From: Podarcis cretensis
Lineage: Eukaryota
DNA: 64,000 nucleotides
Direction: 5' to 3'
Assembly: GCA_951804945.1 (NCBI GenBank)
Contig: OX638151.1
Location: forward strand, 95,294,001-95,358,000
Numbering within the stretch: position 1 is the stretch's first letter; every line of letters starts with the position of its first letter. Both the position numbers and the translations under genes were made by a program. Shown in pieces: positions 36,331-47,565 of the stretch. Below the pieces are notes generated by a model that was not told the DNA's origin, made no database searches, and saw only the letters and a program-made list of their open reading frames with translations.

Positions 36331-37437
36331 AGCTGCGATAATGAGGATTACAAGAAATCCCACCTGCACGGAGTGGAGATGGGAGAATAAGTAATGTTTG
36401 CTGGAATAAGACTAAGGGATATCTGTGTGCTTATGACACATGCCATGACCAAAGTGAGGAGCCATTGGAACTTCATATTCCAGGGTCACCCGTTAAAAAA
36501 ACTAGGAGGGTTGGCTAAGAGGACCAGGATATCTAAAACAAAATGGGACCAGGATACCAAAAATATTGCCTCACCAACTGCTCACTGGGATCTGCAAGAG
36601 AGAAACTCCTGCAGATACCATCTCATCAGCAGGTCTGTTCTGCACAGAGCGCAAATTGGGAATTTTAGTGTGGCAGTAGCTATGCTTTGGAGCTCTGTCT
36701 CATTACATATCATGCAGGCGCTATCTCTATTTAAGTGATGATGATGGTTTTTAAAAATCCCTGATCCTCTGGAGAAGCTGGTGCCTCTGTTGATTAGATA
36801 TCCCACTTCCAGTGACCTGACCCTAGTTACACCCACCCAAAAGTGGGGAAAGTAACAATACTCAACATGTATGTGGGAGCTGAAATGCTGACCCGTGTTT
36901 CAGAACCGTGCATAAAACAGAAGTACTGTTGAAAGCTCTAACACTGAGGGATTAAGGGGTTAGGGTGGCTTCCTTCCACTTCAGACAAGTGCCATCAGTC
37001 TATTATTTGCACTGCACTCCCAAGCCTGCACTTTTTGTTTTAAATAAAATACTTTCTGACAACATCAAAGAGGGGGTGAAGAAACTAGGAGACCTTGAGT
37101 GCATGCCAGGCAAAGACTTCTTCGTACATTTTAAAGCAAAGCCTTTGTTTTCCCAGAGAATATTTTCCCATGGCAAGGATAAGAAAATATTTCCTGATGC
37201 TGCTAATCCTGCTTAAGAGCACCAAAGCTATAAAGTACCATAGAACAACCACAAAAGAAATATACAGTGCCTGTTTACTCAGAGGTTTTCCACGGTCTCT
37301 AGCATGGCTGACTCCCAAATAAAGGGTGCCTAGGATTCCAAGCCAAAACTTGCGCTATCCCACAAGCTAAGAATACCACCCTTTTCCTCATGGACTTGGA
37401 CAGAGAGCGGCTGTGTGTGCCAAATATAATATTTTCT

Positions 37438-37535
37438 TGCATCTGATGAAGTAGACTGCAGTCCACAAAAGCTTACACCATAATAAATGTGTGGGTTTTG
37501 AAAGTCCCACAGAACCCTTTGTTGCAACAGACTAA
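37438..37535 (+). mobile_element. Penelope-like pseudo-LTR fragment with decayed hammerhead motif
   Basis: GCATCTGATGAAGTAGACTGCAGTCCACAAAAGCTTA...AATAAA...GCAACAGACTAA(CAC), a layout I recognise from reptile Penelope terminal repeats. Confidence 0.65.
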
Positions 37536-37844
37536 GGGCTTATCCACACTTATATTTTGCTCTGTTCTGTCCAGGCAGAGATCCATGCTTTAACGCTCTG
37601 TGTCAGAGTGTTGCTTTTTCGCCCCAAGCTTTTATTGTGAAAACCCGCTCTTTATAGCTAAATCGGAGCCAAGGTCAATTTGGGTTTCCCCCCACAGATT
37701 GACATTTGCTCTGACTGAGCTTTAAAGAGCAGGTTTTCATGGGGAGAGCTCTGGAACAAAACACACGAAGGGGATCAGACATAGAGCTTTAAATTGTGGA
37801 CTGTGCTCGGAAAGAGTGCAGGAAAGGTAATTGTGGATAAGCCC
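37536..37844. mobile_element. PIF/Harbinger-type MITE
   Basis: Perfect 13-bp TIR GGGCTTATCCACA / TGTGGATAAGCCC with TAA TSD (37533-37535, 37845-37847). A related partial copy follows at about 37860-38075. Confidence 0.85.
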
Positions 37845-38287
37845 TAACACAGGTCTCACCCAGGTTTCCTTTTGTGCCACATTTCCAGGCACAGGTCTGT
37901 GCTTTAAAATGTTGTGTCCAATCACTTTCTTTTTGCTCTGGTGATTTCCCTCCGAAAACCTGTTCTTTACTGCTGAATCAGAGCCAATGGTTATCCACAG
38001 AAAACCCAAATTGCCATTTGTTCTGAGCCAGTGTTAAAGAGCAAGTTTTCCTGGGGAAAGTAGAGGGACAAAAACAGTGGAGTGGGGGGGGGGGAGCCAA
38101 AAGGGTGGTTCTTTATTTCTCTCTTTTTCTACTCCTTTCTCCCATCTTTATTTCTTTATGTTTTTATTTAAATACAGTTTATTAAATTTGTGAGGTCCAT
38201 GCCTTTACACAAAATACCATAAAACATTATTTAAAAAGATAAACAATAAAATAATAAAAATAAGCTAAACTTTATGTTTTTATTATA

Positions 38288-38499
38288 CAGTGGACCCTCC
38301 GGATACGAATTAAATTCATTCCAGGGTCCGTCCGCAACCCTAAAAGTCCATAGGCAGAGGCGCTGCTTCTATGCACATATGCAGAGCACTTCTGCACATG
38401 CGCGCACGGCGAAACGCAGAAGTATACACTTCCGGGTTTGCCACGTTCACAACCCGAAAGTTACGTATCCAGAGCAGTATGTAACTAGAGGGTCCACTG
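38288..38499. mobile_element. Tc1/mariner-type MITE
   Basis: TIRs CAGTGGACCCTC / GAGGGTCCACTG, TA TSD. Confidence 0.85.
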
Positions 38500-39144
38500 T
38501 ATTTAGATCAAAGTCTTGGTTCAAATAAAAAGGGGAAAAGATATTTGATATTAAGCTTCGTATTTTACTCTATAAACCCTAATAAAACTTATTTAAAAGA
38601 AAAAGAGAAACAGGAAACTGAAAGAAACTGAAACTGACTTATAATCAACCTTCGAAGCAGGTCCATATTTGCTGATATGTAGTAGCAGCTTTTCCCCTCC
38701 CAGTGTATGTGGCTTTTTTCCAGCTGTGTTTAGCATGAGCATTATAACCTGAGAACATCTGTTTCTACTGTTTCTCCTCTGATAGGCTTCCCTCCTGGCA
38801 TGTGACACAATCACTGTGGTTGGCTATAACCTAATCAGCCCATACAAAGAACCATATGAGGTGGCACAGATGAGTCATTTTGAAAACAACTTAAGTATGG
38901 AGGGTTGCAAGAAGTTTAGCTCGCGGCTTTCTCATGCCTGTTTTGCAGATTCTAATCTCCCTTGTTTGTGAACGTGAGTTGATTGCCGCTGAGGGGAAAA
39001 CCCCATAATGTTTTATGTGGAGTCTGCTTATTCTTGATCTGCTGAGCATGGTACAACTCACATGCTTAACCACAGAACGCAACGCCTACAAATCTTAGAT
39101 CAGCCAATGAAATCAATGCAAATAGAAGATAAAAAAAAACTTAC

Positions 39145-39201
39145 ATTCAGGTTGCAAGTCCAGACATTTCGGATCCATCCAGGATCTTTCATCAGAGGAA
39201 T
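39145..39201 (-). CDS. LPIN1: Upstream in-frame LPIN1 exon of the N-terminally extended isoform
   Basis: 57 nt, phase 0-0, IPLMKDPGWIRNVWTCNLN, with TTTGTTTCAG| acceptor and AAT|GTAAGT donor. Splices in frame to AQT-MNYVGQ. Closely resembles IPIMRDPGWIRNVWSSNIN of the long mammalian isoform as I recall it. Confidence 0.87.
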
Positions 39202-39904
39202 CTGAAACAAACAAACAAAAAAAGAGTCATTCAGCTAAGTGTAATCTGTTAGTACGCCTATCTGCAAACTCCTTGTGGAGTTTTCTGGCTCTTCTTACAC
39301 ACAAGTATTTTCTCTACACATTTGTTGTAAATCTTTACCTCTGCTGCAAAGTGGTTTCTCAGGTGTTCGCTAAGAAAGCCCTGTTAGCCATATATGTTTG
39401 AAAACACTGGGTTCCTTGTGTGCAGGGGTGGTCTTGGGTTAGCAGAAGGCAGTTCCGCACTGTGGACCCCTCCCCCAAGCTGCCCCCCTCCCAGCTGCAC
39501 CTGAAGATTGAGGAGCCCTCCAGAACGGTACAGAATATGGCACAAAGAGTGGCAGTTGTTGCAGGGAATGGGCAGAAACAGGCATGCAACCTTGCCCCAC
39601 GACAGTGGGTGCCCAGGGCATGCACATGTCACGTCGGCAAGTGCACATGTGCGTCACATTGGCACGCCCTGTGGGGTGCAGGTGTCATTCACACACATCA
39701 GAGGGGCATCTCCTCTACCTCACACCCTATACCATATTGTTCGGGCTGGTCCTTTGATCTCGAGTTAGGCTTTATTGAAGTTGCTTCAGGGGAGTTGGAG
39801 ACAAGGGAACTTTCCTTGCATAAATGTTAAGTCCACTTAGGATCCAAGTCAGTGTCTGCAAAGGGCCTCTCCATTCTCCATAGATGACTGTTGAGAACAT
39901 AATA

Positions 39905-40135
39905 CGGTGGTACCTCGAGTTACAAACGCTTCGGGTTACAAACGCTTCAGGTTACAGACTCCTCTAACCCGGAAGTAGTACCTCAAGTTAAGAACTTTAC
40001 CTCATGATGAGAACAGAAATCGCACAGCGGCAGCAGGAGGCCCCATTAGCTAAAGTGGTACCTCAGGTTAAGAACAGTTTCAGGTTAAGAATGAACCTCC
40101 AGAACGAATTGAGTTCTTAACCAGAGGTACCACTG
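39905..40135. mobile_element. Tc1/mariner-type MITE (CAGTGGTACCTC family)
   Basis: TIRs CGGTGGTACCTC / GAGGTACCACTG, TA TSD; reverse-orientation relative of the 47.3 and 55.1 kb copies. Confidence 0.85.
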
Positions 40136-41212
40136 TAACTTCCCAGGTGAATAGGACTATAAAGGTCTGTCTGTTTCAAACAGCAGCAGCCAATTGCCTC
40201 TCAGAAGTTCACAACCAGGGCTTGTCTGTCTCACATTTGGTTCTCAGCTAATGAACAAAGATGTCTAATCCTGTTTTATTTCAAGAGCACTCGGCAACGT
40301 GCTAAATACTTTTCAGGCACAGCCTTCAATTGCAATATAATTTCAGAGTGCATCAGTAAACAAATACTGGCACAATCTCACTGAAATTAGATTGTGGGTA
40401 ACAAAAAGCAGGGCTTTGTGGAGGCCACGTAGCTAAGGGAGATAAGTAGGGTAATTAGACAGGTTCTGACATTAACTGCGGAGAACGTGGGTTGCTGCAT
40501 CCAGATGCATTCATACCTGGAGCAAATACTTTGATTTAATCTAGAACCAACCTATTAGGTGTTCCGGGGCAAGGATGGAGAACCTGCAGCCTTACAGATG
40601 TTGGGGAACTCCACCTCCCATCATCCTGGCCATTGGCTATGCTTGCTATGGCTGATGGGAGTTGGGAGGAAAATAGAGACTTTTTTTCACTCTCCTCAAC
40701 TGACCCTCTTCAACCCCCCATTTTTTGGTCACAACACTTGGTCAGAGGTGGCCATTGACCTTGTATTGCAGATAAGGAGACTGAGGAAACTATGATATTA
40801 AATATCTTGCTCAATATTGTAAAGAAAATAATTAGGCCCAAGCGCCTTCCAATTAACAGCCCTCTGCTTTCATCATGTGTTTATACAAAGTCATCATACT
40901 GCCCTGAGGTAGCAGTGGAACCACCGGGCGGAAGTACCAATACTGACTCTAATGAAATAATTTCAAGTTATCATTAGGTTGCTTTGCTAACAACTTGCGG
41001 AGGCTGAATTGCCAATGGGTCAATAGATGGTCTGAGTAAAATCCAGGCAAACTGAGAGCTTTCCAGTCCCATTGATTTCAAGAGGAGAGGTTAAATGCTT
41101 GTGCAGAAATCTCTCCTGATTAGTTCAGCTGGGCTTAAAAGTGCTTAATTTTGGGGTGGGATAATGCCCATTATTTAGTTGAAACAAAAGTAAAACGTAA
41201 AGTTGTCAGAGT

Positions 41213-41330
41213 ATGATAATGCCAAGGTTGCAGGTTCGATCCCTGTATGTTATAACTGCGCATTCCTGCATTGCAAGGGGGTTGGACTAGATGACCCTCA
41301 GATTCCCTTCCAACTGTATGACTCTATGAT
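41213..41330 (+). mobile_element. Short SINE with tRNA-like B box and CR1-derived tail
   Basis: GGTTCGATCCC followed by GGGTTGGACTAGATGACCCTC...CTATGAT. Confidence 0.65.
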
Positions 41331-41682
41331 GTGAGATTGACCAGGCTAGGCAGAAGAGTAAATGTGTTGCATTTGTATGCACACCAGCACTGAAATCACT
41401 ATGGCCTTATTTCTGCATGTGATTTATGCTTTATTCAAAATATTTATAGAAAACCTCTATAATGTCTCTTGCACATACACTAATTTTATCTTGTGGGCTT
41501 CCCACATGCATCTGGTTGGCTACTGTAAGGACAGGATGCTTGACAAGATGGCAATTGGCCTAATCCAGTCTTCTTCCTGAATAACTTTCTTAACACTGGT
41601 AGTGGGGTAGGAGAGTTGGAGGGGGGGTCACATCTGGCAACCAACGTGCCCCTTTGGTTTCAGATAGTACATGTTTGAGATA

Positions 41683-42024
41683 GGGACACGGGTGGCACTG
41701 TGGGTTAAACCACAGAGCCTAGGATTTGCCGATCAGAAGGTTGACGGTTCGAATCCCCGTGACGGGGTGAGCTCCCATTGCTCGGTCCCTGCTCCTGCCA
41801 ACCTAGCAGTTCGAAAGCACCTCAAAGTGCAAGTAGATAAATAGGTACCACTCTGGCGGAAAGGTAAACGGCATTTCCGTGCACTGCTCTGGTTCGCCAG
41901 AAGCGGTTTAGTCATGCTGGCCACATGACCTGTATGCCGGCTCCCTCGGCCAATAAAGCGAGATGAGCGTGCAACCCCAGAGTCGGTCATGACTGGACCT
42001 AACAGTCAGTCGTCCCTTTACCTT
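41683..42024 (+). mobile_element. Sauria SINE, full length
   Basis: GGGACACGGGTGGCACTGTGGG head, GGTTCGAATCC and CCTTTACCTTT tail; TAGTACATG at 41665-41673 and 42025-42033. Confidence 0.92.
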
Positions 42025-43011
42025 TAGTACATGGGTAGACGAGTCTAAAAAGCCTGGGACACAAATTTTCACGGCCCTCTAGCGACTATGGTGGCTCATA
42101 TACCAAAAGTAATGTATTTAGTGTTAACTCTGGAAGTGAAAACTCAATTCTGACCACACTAAGTCCCCTAGAGCAAAATATACATCAGGAAAGCAGTATT
42201 CTCATGGCAGTTCGTTCGTTTTCCCTCAACATTTCCATAATGGTTCATTTCTGTTCATTATATTTGAGCTTTCACACAACGTAAAATGGACTCCAAGAAA
42301 TATACTGGGATATAGCACAAGTTTAGTGCTTATTTCCATGTTATTTGATTCCAGGGAGGGAGGGAATTAGTTTGCAATATGCATGGAAATGACTGCTGAA
42401 TATTCAGAGGTAAGCTCCATTCCTGTTGGCGTATTTTTTCAGGAACTGTGAATAAGGTCGGTTTGCATTGAAAGGTAAAGTGAACCACATTGCTCTTCCA
42501 TCAATGTGCTGGGCCTGTGCACAGCCATTCAAATGTACTTCTAAAGCTCAGGCACTGGGCCTAGGAGTCTGTTTGGGTCTGGCAGCCGAGCAGCATGTTA
42601 CAATACGTGACGCAATCGCGCAGCCTTTGGAAGCAGGCTGACGATGGCAATTCTTTGAAAACAACACTGTATGCTCAGTCTCAAAAACAACTTTCTTCAT
42701 GTAGTGATATAACCAGCCCGTGACAAGCTGGGCACCTTGCCAAGGGCACTGTTGAACGCCACTTGACACTCCTCTGCAATGCAGAGTTATAAATAACATC
42801 CAGATAGCATAACACTCAGATACAGACCCACACAGTCGCATTTGAATCCAGAATATTGAAGAGAACACAGGATTTCAGGTTGTGACCAAGTACCAATTCT
42901 CATTTATTAAAAAAAGAGAGTTGTTTTATGTCTCACAAACACCTGTGCAAACACATCCGTGTTCAGTAGATATAATTACAGGATCTAAGAAAATAGATTC
43001 AAAGGCAACAT

Positions 43012-43364
43012 CAGACCCTCCAAGTGTCCCTGTTTTACCAGGGACAGTCCCGGACTTACAGAAGCTGTTCTGGTTTTTTATTTGATCCCGGAATGTCCCG
43101 TTTTTCCTTAGGACATCCCTATTTTCATTGGAGAAATGTTGGAGGGTATGGAGTTATACGACTCTCGAGCCAAGGAGATAAGTAACTATACAACCGTTAG
43201 AAGTCATCCTAAGGCAGCCCTGTATAGTTTTATTATGTTTTTATATATGCTGCAACCCTCCCAGAGTGTCCGGGGCAACCCAGTCAGATGGGTGGGGTAT
43301 AAATAATAAAATGATGATGGAACAGAATGCCCCTATTTTCACCAGAGAAATGTTGGAGGGTATG
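43012..43364. mobile_element. Composite non-autonomous DNA element with duplicated right end and captured L2-like tail
   Basis: Left end CAGACCCTCCAA; right end CCCTATTTTCA...GAGAAATGTTGGAGGGTATG present twice (43117-43150, 43331-43364). Confidence 0.65.
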
Positions 43365-46020
43365 CAACACGGAACACCTGTCTGCAGCAATGGGCAGCAC
43401 AAAGTAACCCAAGCAATCAAAAGTTTGACTAGGAAAGAACTGAAAGAGAATGAGAATCAGAAACTGCAAAGGGAGTCTTGTGTCTCCAAGAGAGACCTGG
43501 GTACAAGGGCAGAGCTCGGCATCTTGTTGCTACACGACAGATCCATAGGCGGATGCTTTGTAAACTGAACAGCAGCTTGTCTCCTGGACAGTAGTCACAT
43601 GTTGATTGTGTGTATTGGCACTCGTGGGATGACGCAGCAACGGGAGTAGGGCTGCACTGCTGGCCCCACTCCTGACATCACATCCCAGGGCTAGCCCCCA
43701 CCCCCCTGACATCCATGACGATAATCACAACACACAGGCATTTATGGCTGGGTTTGGTCCAGGGATGCAACATGGGGGTGGGCTGACACAGACGCACCCC
43801 ACTCTTGCTTCAACACAAATGCCTTCTCCAAGAATAACACATGGATAGCACTAGTAGCAGACCTGAGTAGAGGGACATCTCTGCCCAATTCACACACACA
43901 CACATGCCAGCCCAGCACAAAGAAGGTTTAGATTTCAGCCCAGGAAAGGGGAGAGAGTGAGACGCAGAGGGCCAAAGCACAGAGACTTGATGGCTTAATA
44001 ATTCTTTGAATTATTGATTTCTGATGCAGCCGTTTTATTTGAGCATGAGGTAGGGACCACATGATGTCATATAGCCATTGAGAAATCCATTTGTTTTGTT
44101 ACAGCGGCTGCATTATGAGGAAACTGATCTCTCCCAGTTTATTAAAAACATTCCTTTGCCAAATTCTACTGTCAAACCTTGCCAGCTATAAAGTTAAATA
44201 TTCCTCTGAAGATGTTTCATTGAATATCCTCTCCTTGCGTAGGCCACTAAGTGAATAAATATTGGCATAGTAGTTATCTAACATTTTATTAGTTTATCAG
44301 AAAACAATTAATGAAACTCCAGCTGAATCAGTTTAGGTGCAGAATGATATTAATTATATTAATGATCCCATTCTGAGAAGAATAAAAGTATGACATTCCT
44401 AGAGTTTCAAAAATGTCCCAGAGTGAGTGAGGTAACTGATCTGATTATCAGGCTGACAATAATTTACTTATACAGTATTGTTGTGAATTTTGTTAGCAAT
44501 ATGCAGAAAAAAACAGGGTTGAATGATGTACTGAAGTACAGAGTTGATATCCATAAACCTTTTAGGATGAGCAATAAATTAAACAGAAAATTGCTTCTCT
44601 AATACAATATATAGCTCCGTTAAAGAGAAGTTATGGATCCTTTAGGGTGCTGTTATTGAAATTAAAAGATGATGAAGACTCATTTAATTATAAAGTAGTA
44701 ATATCTATAAGTTCACTAAACAGTGAAAACCTCAGAATGCCAGACTGTTTTGTTTCTCGATGTGGTTAAAATAAACAAACATGGGTTCAGGGTTTCTAGA
44801 ATCACTGAGTCTAGTCTTATCCAGATGTTCAAACAGCATACAGAGAACACACACATGGGAAGGGTGGGGAAGCAGTGACAACATCCTCAAATGACCTGCC
44901 TCACCAGGGAGAGGAGCAGACTGCGACCAGCCAGAGGGAAGGGCAGAACAAGAGAAGATGGCAGCAGAAGATGTCATGAAGAACAAGGCACTGCCTTCAT
45001 AAGTGGTATCAGACACATCAGCCCAAATGGAGCGTGCGTGTGTGCACGCAGCAAACTCTTGGGTCAGCTCACCCTGTCTCATCTTTAACAGCTTGGCAGG
45101 AGGGCAGTGTGAAATGTTGGGACAGCTTTGTACCTTCTGTTACGTTATGAACCTCTTGCTTAGGTCATGTTTTTGGAATCTTCTGGAATTGGGCTCACTG
45201 TGGAGTTTTCACCACTGTCAGCCTGAATGGAAATCTCTTCCTTGCTTTCAAGTAAGAGTCCTTGTTGTGTTTTGGAATGGGAACCTGGCAGCATCCACCC
45301 CAAATCACAAGCCAGTGGTGGTCAGGACCAGTAGCAAAAGGAGTCGTAAATTCCACTTTTGTATAGTAGTATAGTTTTTTCTACATCCTACACATTTCTC
45401 CCATGCTACTCTTTATCTTCCATTCATGCAAGCAAGAAGCATGATCAGTGTTCAAGGACACATTCCAGCCAGGCAAAAACCCTTGGAACGCAAAACAGGA
45501 CCAGAGAGGGGTGTGGCCTGGGTGAGGGGTGTGGCCTAGAGGCCCACATTCAGCTTGTGGGCCTGAGGTTCCCCACCCCTCACCTGTGCTTTTATATAGA
45601 TGGACTGCAGGACCCATCTTCCTGTTTCACATGCTTTTACTCAGGCTAAACCTGTTCCTATCCCTTTTTAAGATTCCACACTAAGAGGAACATGTATCAT
45701 CTGACTTTGGCACATACATTGTGGCCAGACAAGCCTGACAGCTGAGCTCACCTCAGGTCAATGCTCATGTTTACAAGCTGCGAAGAATGGGTTTGAGATG
45801 TGAAAACACAGGCACAGGATCTCCGGGCAACACGCACCAAGGAGAACGCGAAACAAAAAGCATTCATCACTCAAATGTCAATACTCAGCTTGTACTGTTC
45901 TGGGAACAAGCACAGTGAGCCGTTTGTTTCTGCCCATGTGCACTTGATAGTAAATATGGCCATGAGCAGAGCACAAAAGCCTTGCGGAAGCTTATGGCTG
46001 GGAGAGATGTTTGTCTAGAT

Positions 46021-46241
46021 CAGGCATGTCCAAAGTCTGCCTTGGGGGCCTAATCCGGCCCACCGGACAGTTTAATCTGCCCCCTGTGGCAGTATATTTC
46101 CTGGGGTAAAATCCTAAATAAACCTCAACAACTTCAGTCCTAAAAAAAAGCTCAACAACTTAGGTTGGCCCTTTGGTTGGCCCTCACGGCCCTTCACTTC
46201 ATCAAATCTGGCCCTCTTTGAAAAAAGTTTGGACACCACTG
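46021..46241. mobile_element. hAT (Charlie-like) MITE
   Basis: Ends CAGGCATGTCCAAA / TTTGGACACCACTG; perfect 8-bp TSD GTCTAGAT at 46013-46020 and 46242-46249. Confidence 0.88.
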
Positions 46242-47342
46242 GTCTAGATCTTCCCAGTTTTCTTGTAAACATTTCTTTGCGATTGTGTCAGGCAAAGAAT
46301 GTATCATGGGAATAAGCTGGCAAGGAAGAAAAGCAGGGTGGGAGAGGAAGATGGATCTGAGGCTGAAAACCTGAACAAGTCTTCAGCCGTTTGCAAAGCC
46401 CTAACAGTATTTTCATTCAATGCCTCTCAGCCCCTGTTAAAACATTTGTAAACATCACAGAGGTAAGAGCACTGCCCCACCCATTGTTTGAGCTCTGGAC
46501 AGATGGAGATGGCCATCCTCTAGGCAAACTGTCTGAGCACAACGTAGCCTTAAGTTACTTGACAGTGACTTTCAAAGGTCTCCAGTAAAGGACCACAAGA
46601 GCAGTGCTAGAGTCCCCTGTGGATGATGAGTTGGTTACAGCCATCGGATCTACTGCAGCTGAGGGAGGACTGAAGCACCAGACACAAAGGGAACCTAGGC
46701 TCAGTTCCCAGGTGTGGGGAACTATTGGCCCCTCCAGATATGCTCCACACTTACTGGGGCATGAGGAACTATTGGGAGGAGCACAGAGAAGGTTCACCAC
46801 ACTTACCCTGAAGGGGTAAAGCTGCAAATTATAGTTTTAGTATTTTGAACCTGAGATCACATTGTGTGAATTTGGAGTTCCCCTTACCAGCCTAAACCAG
46901 TTTTTTGAGTCTGGTCACCACCTTCAGCAGCTTGCATAACTTGCCACCAAACTTTGACCCTACCACTCCCACCAAAAGAGATTAAATGTCGTTTTCTTAT
47001 AATCTGTGGATGACTCTCTTGACTGGCCCATGATGCCTTTGACATATTTTTTCTCTCTTGCACCCAGCATTTCATCATCATAGATGCAATATTAGTTCAG
47101 CCTATAGTTCCTGTACAGAGTTACTTTTGTGTTGGAGTGCTATCCTCTGAAATTGTTTTGAAGTTTTAGCCGCCTTTTCTGGGTATTTGAGGAAATGAGT
47201 TAAATCTCAGAATAAAGAGCCAGAACCAAAGATGGAAAGTGCTTTTCCACTAAGGCCCATCTCACCTTCTTCTGTGTCTAAACCAGTCTCTCTCTTTTTT
47301 TCAGTCATATTCTTCTAATCATTTTCTCTATTAGCAACAATA

Positions 47343-47565
47343 CAGTGGTACCTCAGGTTAAGTACTTAATTCGTTCCGGAGGTCTGTACTTAACCTGAAA
47401 CTGTTCTTAACCTGAAGCACCACTTTAGCTGCTGCGCCGCCAGAGCATGATTTCTGTTCTCATCCTGAAGCAAAGTTATTAACCTGAAGCACTATTTCTG
47501 GGTTAGCGGAGTCTGTAACCTGAAGCGTATGTAACCTGAAGCGTATGTAACCTGAGCTACCACTG
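47343..47565. mobile_element. Tc1/mariner-type MITE (CAGTGGTACCTC family)
   Basis: TIRs with TA TSD and internal TAACCTGAAGC subrepeats. Confidence 0.85.
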
